Positions 63,367-64,000 of a DNA stretch of 64,000 nucleotides are shown here, in pieces. Below the pieces are notes generated by a model. That model saw nothing but the letters and a program-made list of their open reading frames with translations, did not search any database and was not told where the DNA came from. The DNA is taken from assembly GCA_963713975.1 (NCBI GenBank), contig OY970218.1:448001-512000 (forward strand), written 5' to 3'. This DNA comes from an uncultured Chloroflexia bacterium (GTDB lineage Bacteria > Chloroflexota > Limnocylindria > Limnocylindrales > CSP1-4). Position numbers and translations under genes: made by a program. Each line of letters begins with the position of its first letter. The stretch's first letter is position 1.

Positions 63367-64000
63367 TCAGAGGACCCGGGCGAAGACCTCGTTCGAAAGG
63401 AGGCGGCCCTTCGTCGTGAAGCGGACGCGGTCTCCCGTCGATGACCTGACGATCTCCAGGAGCGCGCCATCGAGCGCCCACGCGAGATGGGGTCCGAGCG
63501 GCCCGGTCTCGGTATCGGAGAGCGCGAGCCCCTCGTCCAGGCGCAGGCCCAGGATCACCGCCTCGACCGCGGCGGCGGCGTCGTCCACAGCCTCCGCGCC
63601 ACCCGGGGGCAGGCCCGGTGGGGACCCATCGGCCGGCGCCAGCGCCCCGATGTATCCGTCCATGCGCGCGGCATTCCAGCGCCGGACCGCACCGTCGAAC
63701 GCATGTGCCCCCGGCCCCACGGCCTCGTAGGACTCGCGGCGCCAGTAGGCGAGGTTGTGCCGGCTCTCGTGTCCGGCACGCGCCCAGTTGGAGATCTCGT
63801 AGCCCCGGAACCCGGCGGCGCCCAGGCGGTCCGCCGCAAGCGTGTACTGCGCCGCCGCCCGGTCCTCGTCCTGCTCCCGGGTCGCGATCGTCCGCCACCG
63901 CCGCGCCCCGGCGGTCGTGGGCAGGTGATCGCCGAGCGGGCCGGTCAAGCCCTCCGCCTCCGGGTCGTCGAGGGTCAGCGCATAGGCCGAGACGTGGTCC
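63367..64000 (-). CDS. hemW: Radical SAM heme chaperone HemW (HemN-like); 5' end outside the window
   Basis: HVSAYALT, YEISNWA....SRHNLAYW....Y...GPGAH, LGLRL..G; usual position upstream of hrcA. Confidence 0.88.
   Translation of the reverse strand, partial: DHVSAYALTLDDPEAEGLTGPLGDHLPTTAGARRWRTIATREQDEDRAAAQYTLAADRLGAAGFRGYEISNWARAGHESRHNLAYWRRESYEAVGPGAHAFDGAVRRWNAARMDGYIGALAPADGSPPGLPPGGAEAVDDAAAAVEAVILGLRLDEGLALSDTETGPLGPHLAWALDGALLEIVRSSTGDRVRFTTKGRLLSNEVFARVL

Overview
Very GC-rich bacterial chromosome segment with nearly all genes on the minus strand. It is probably Chloroflexota-like rather than actinobacterial (inference): DnaK carries the N-terminal insert that Firmicutes and Actinobacteria lack, and MenB is type I. 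From left to right it holds: a SAM/methionine-cycle cluster (metK, S9 peptidase, ahcY, GNAT, a catalytically degenerate MtnA homolog, apt, MFS); small accessory genes (ASCH-GNAT fusion, MOSC, DUF1801, GGDEF, DinB, core MetE); mfd-pth; and ybeY-pgpH-yqeY-rpsU. Next is an inserted module (DUF485-actP, an ECF sigma with no anti-sigma, a membrane-anchored 7TM-GAF-wHTH-BTAD regulator, an acyl-CoA synthetase), then hinT-mtaB-vapBC-prmA-dnaJ, udgB, an ABC exporter, GGDEF and MFS. The right end has a TetR-headed classical menaquinone operon, ktrAB, dnaK-grpE-hrcA with CIRCE, an orphan PTS enzyme I and hemW. Best candidates for something undescribed: (1) a one-component transmembrane SARP-type activator directly upstream of an ECF sigma gene, whose promoter region has four CCGC(A/G)G repeats at exact 11-bp spacing; (2) a men operon lacking menI, whose MenE is fused to an extra alpha/beta hydrolase and which is headed by a TetR with a perfect operator; (3) an MtnA/eIF2B-like pseudoenzyme in the SAM-cycle operon. 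No rRNA, tRNA, CRISPR array, transposase or integrase was recognised. All calls come from reading motifs by eye; no database search was run.
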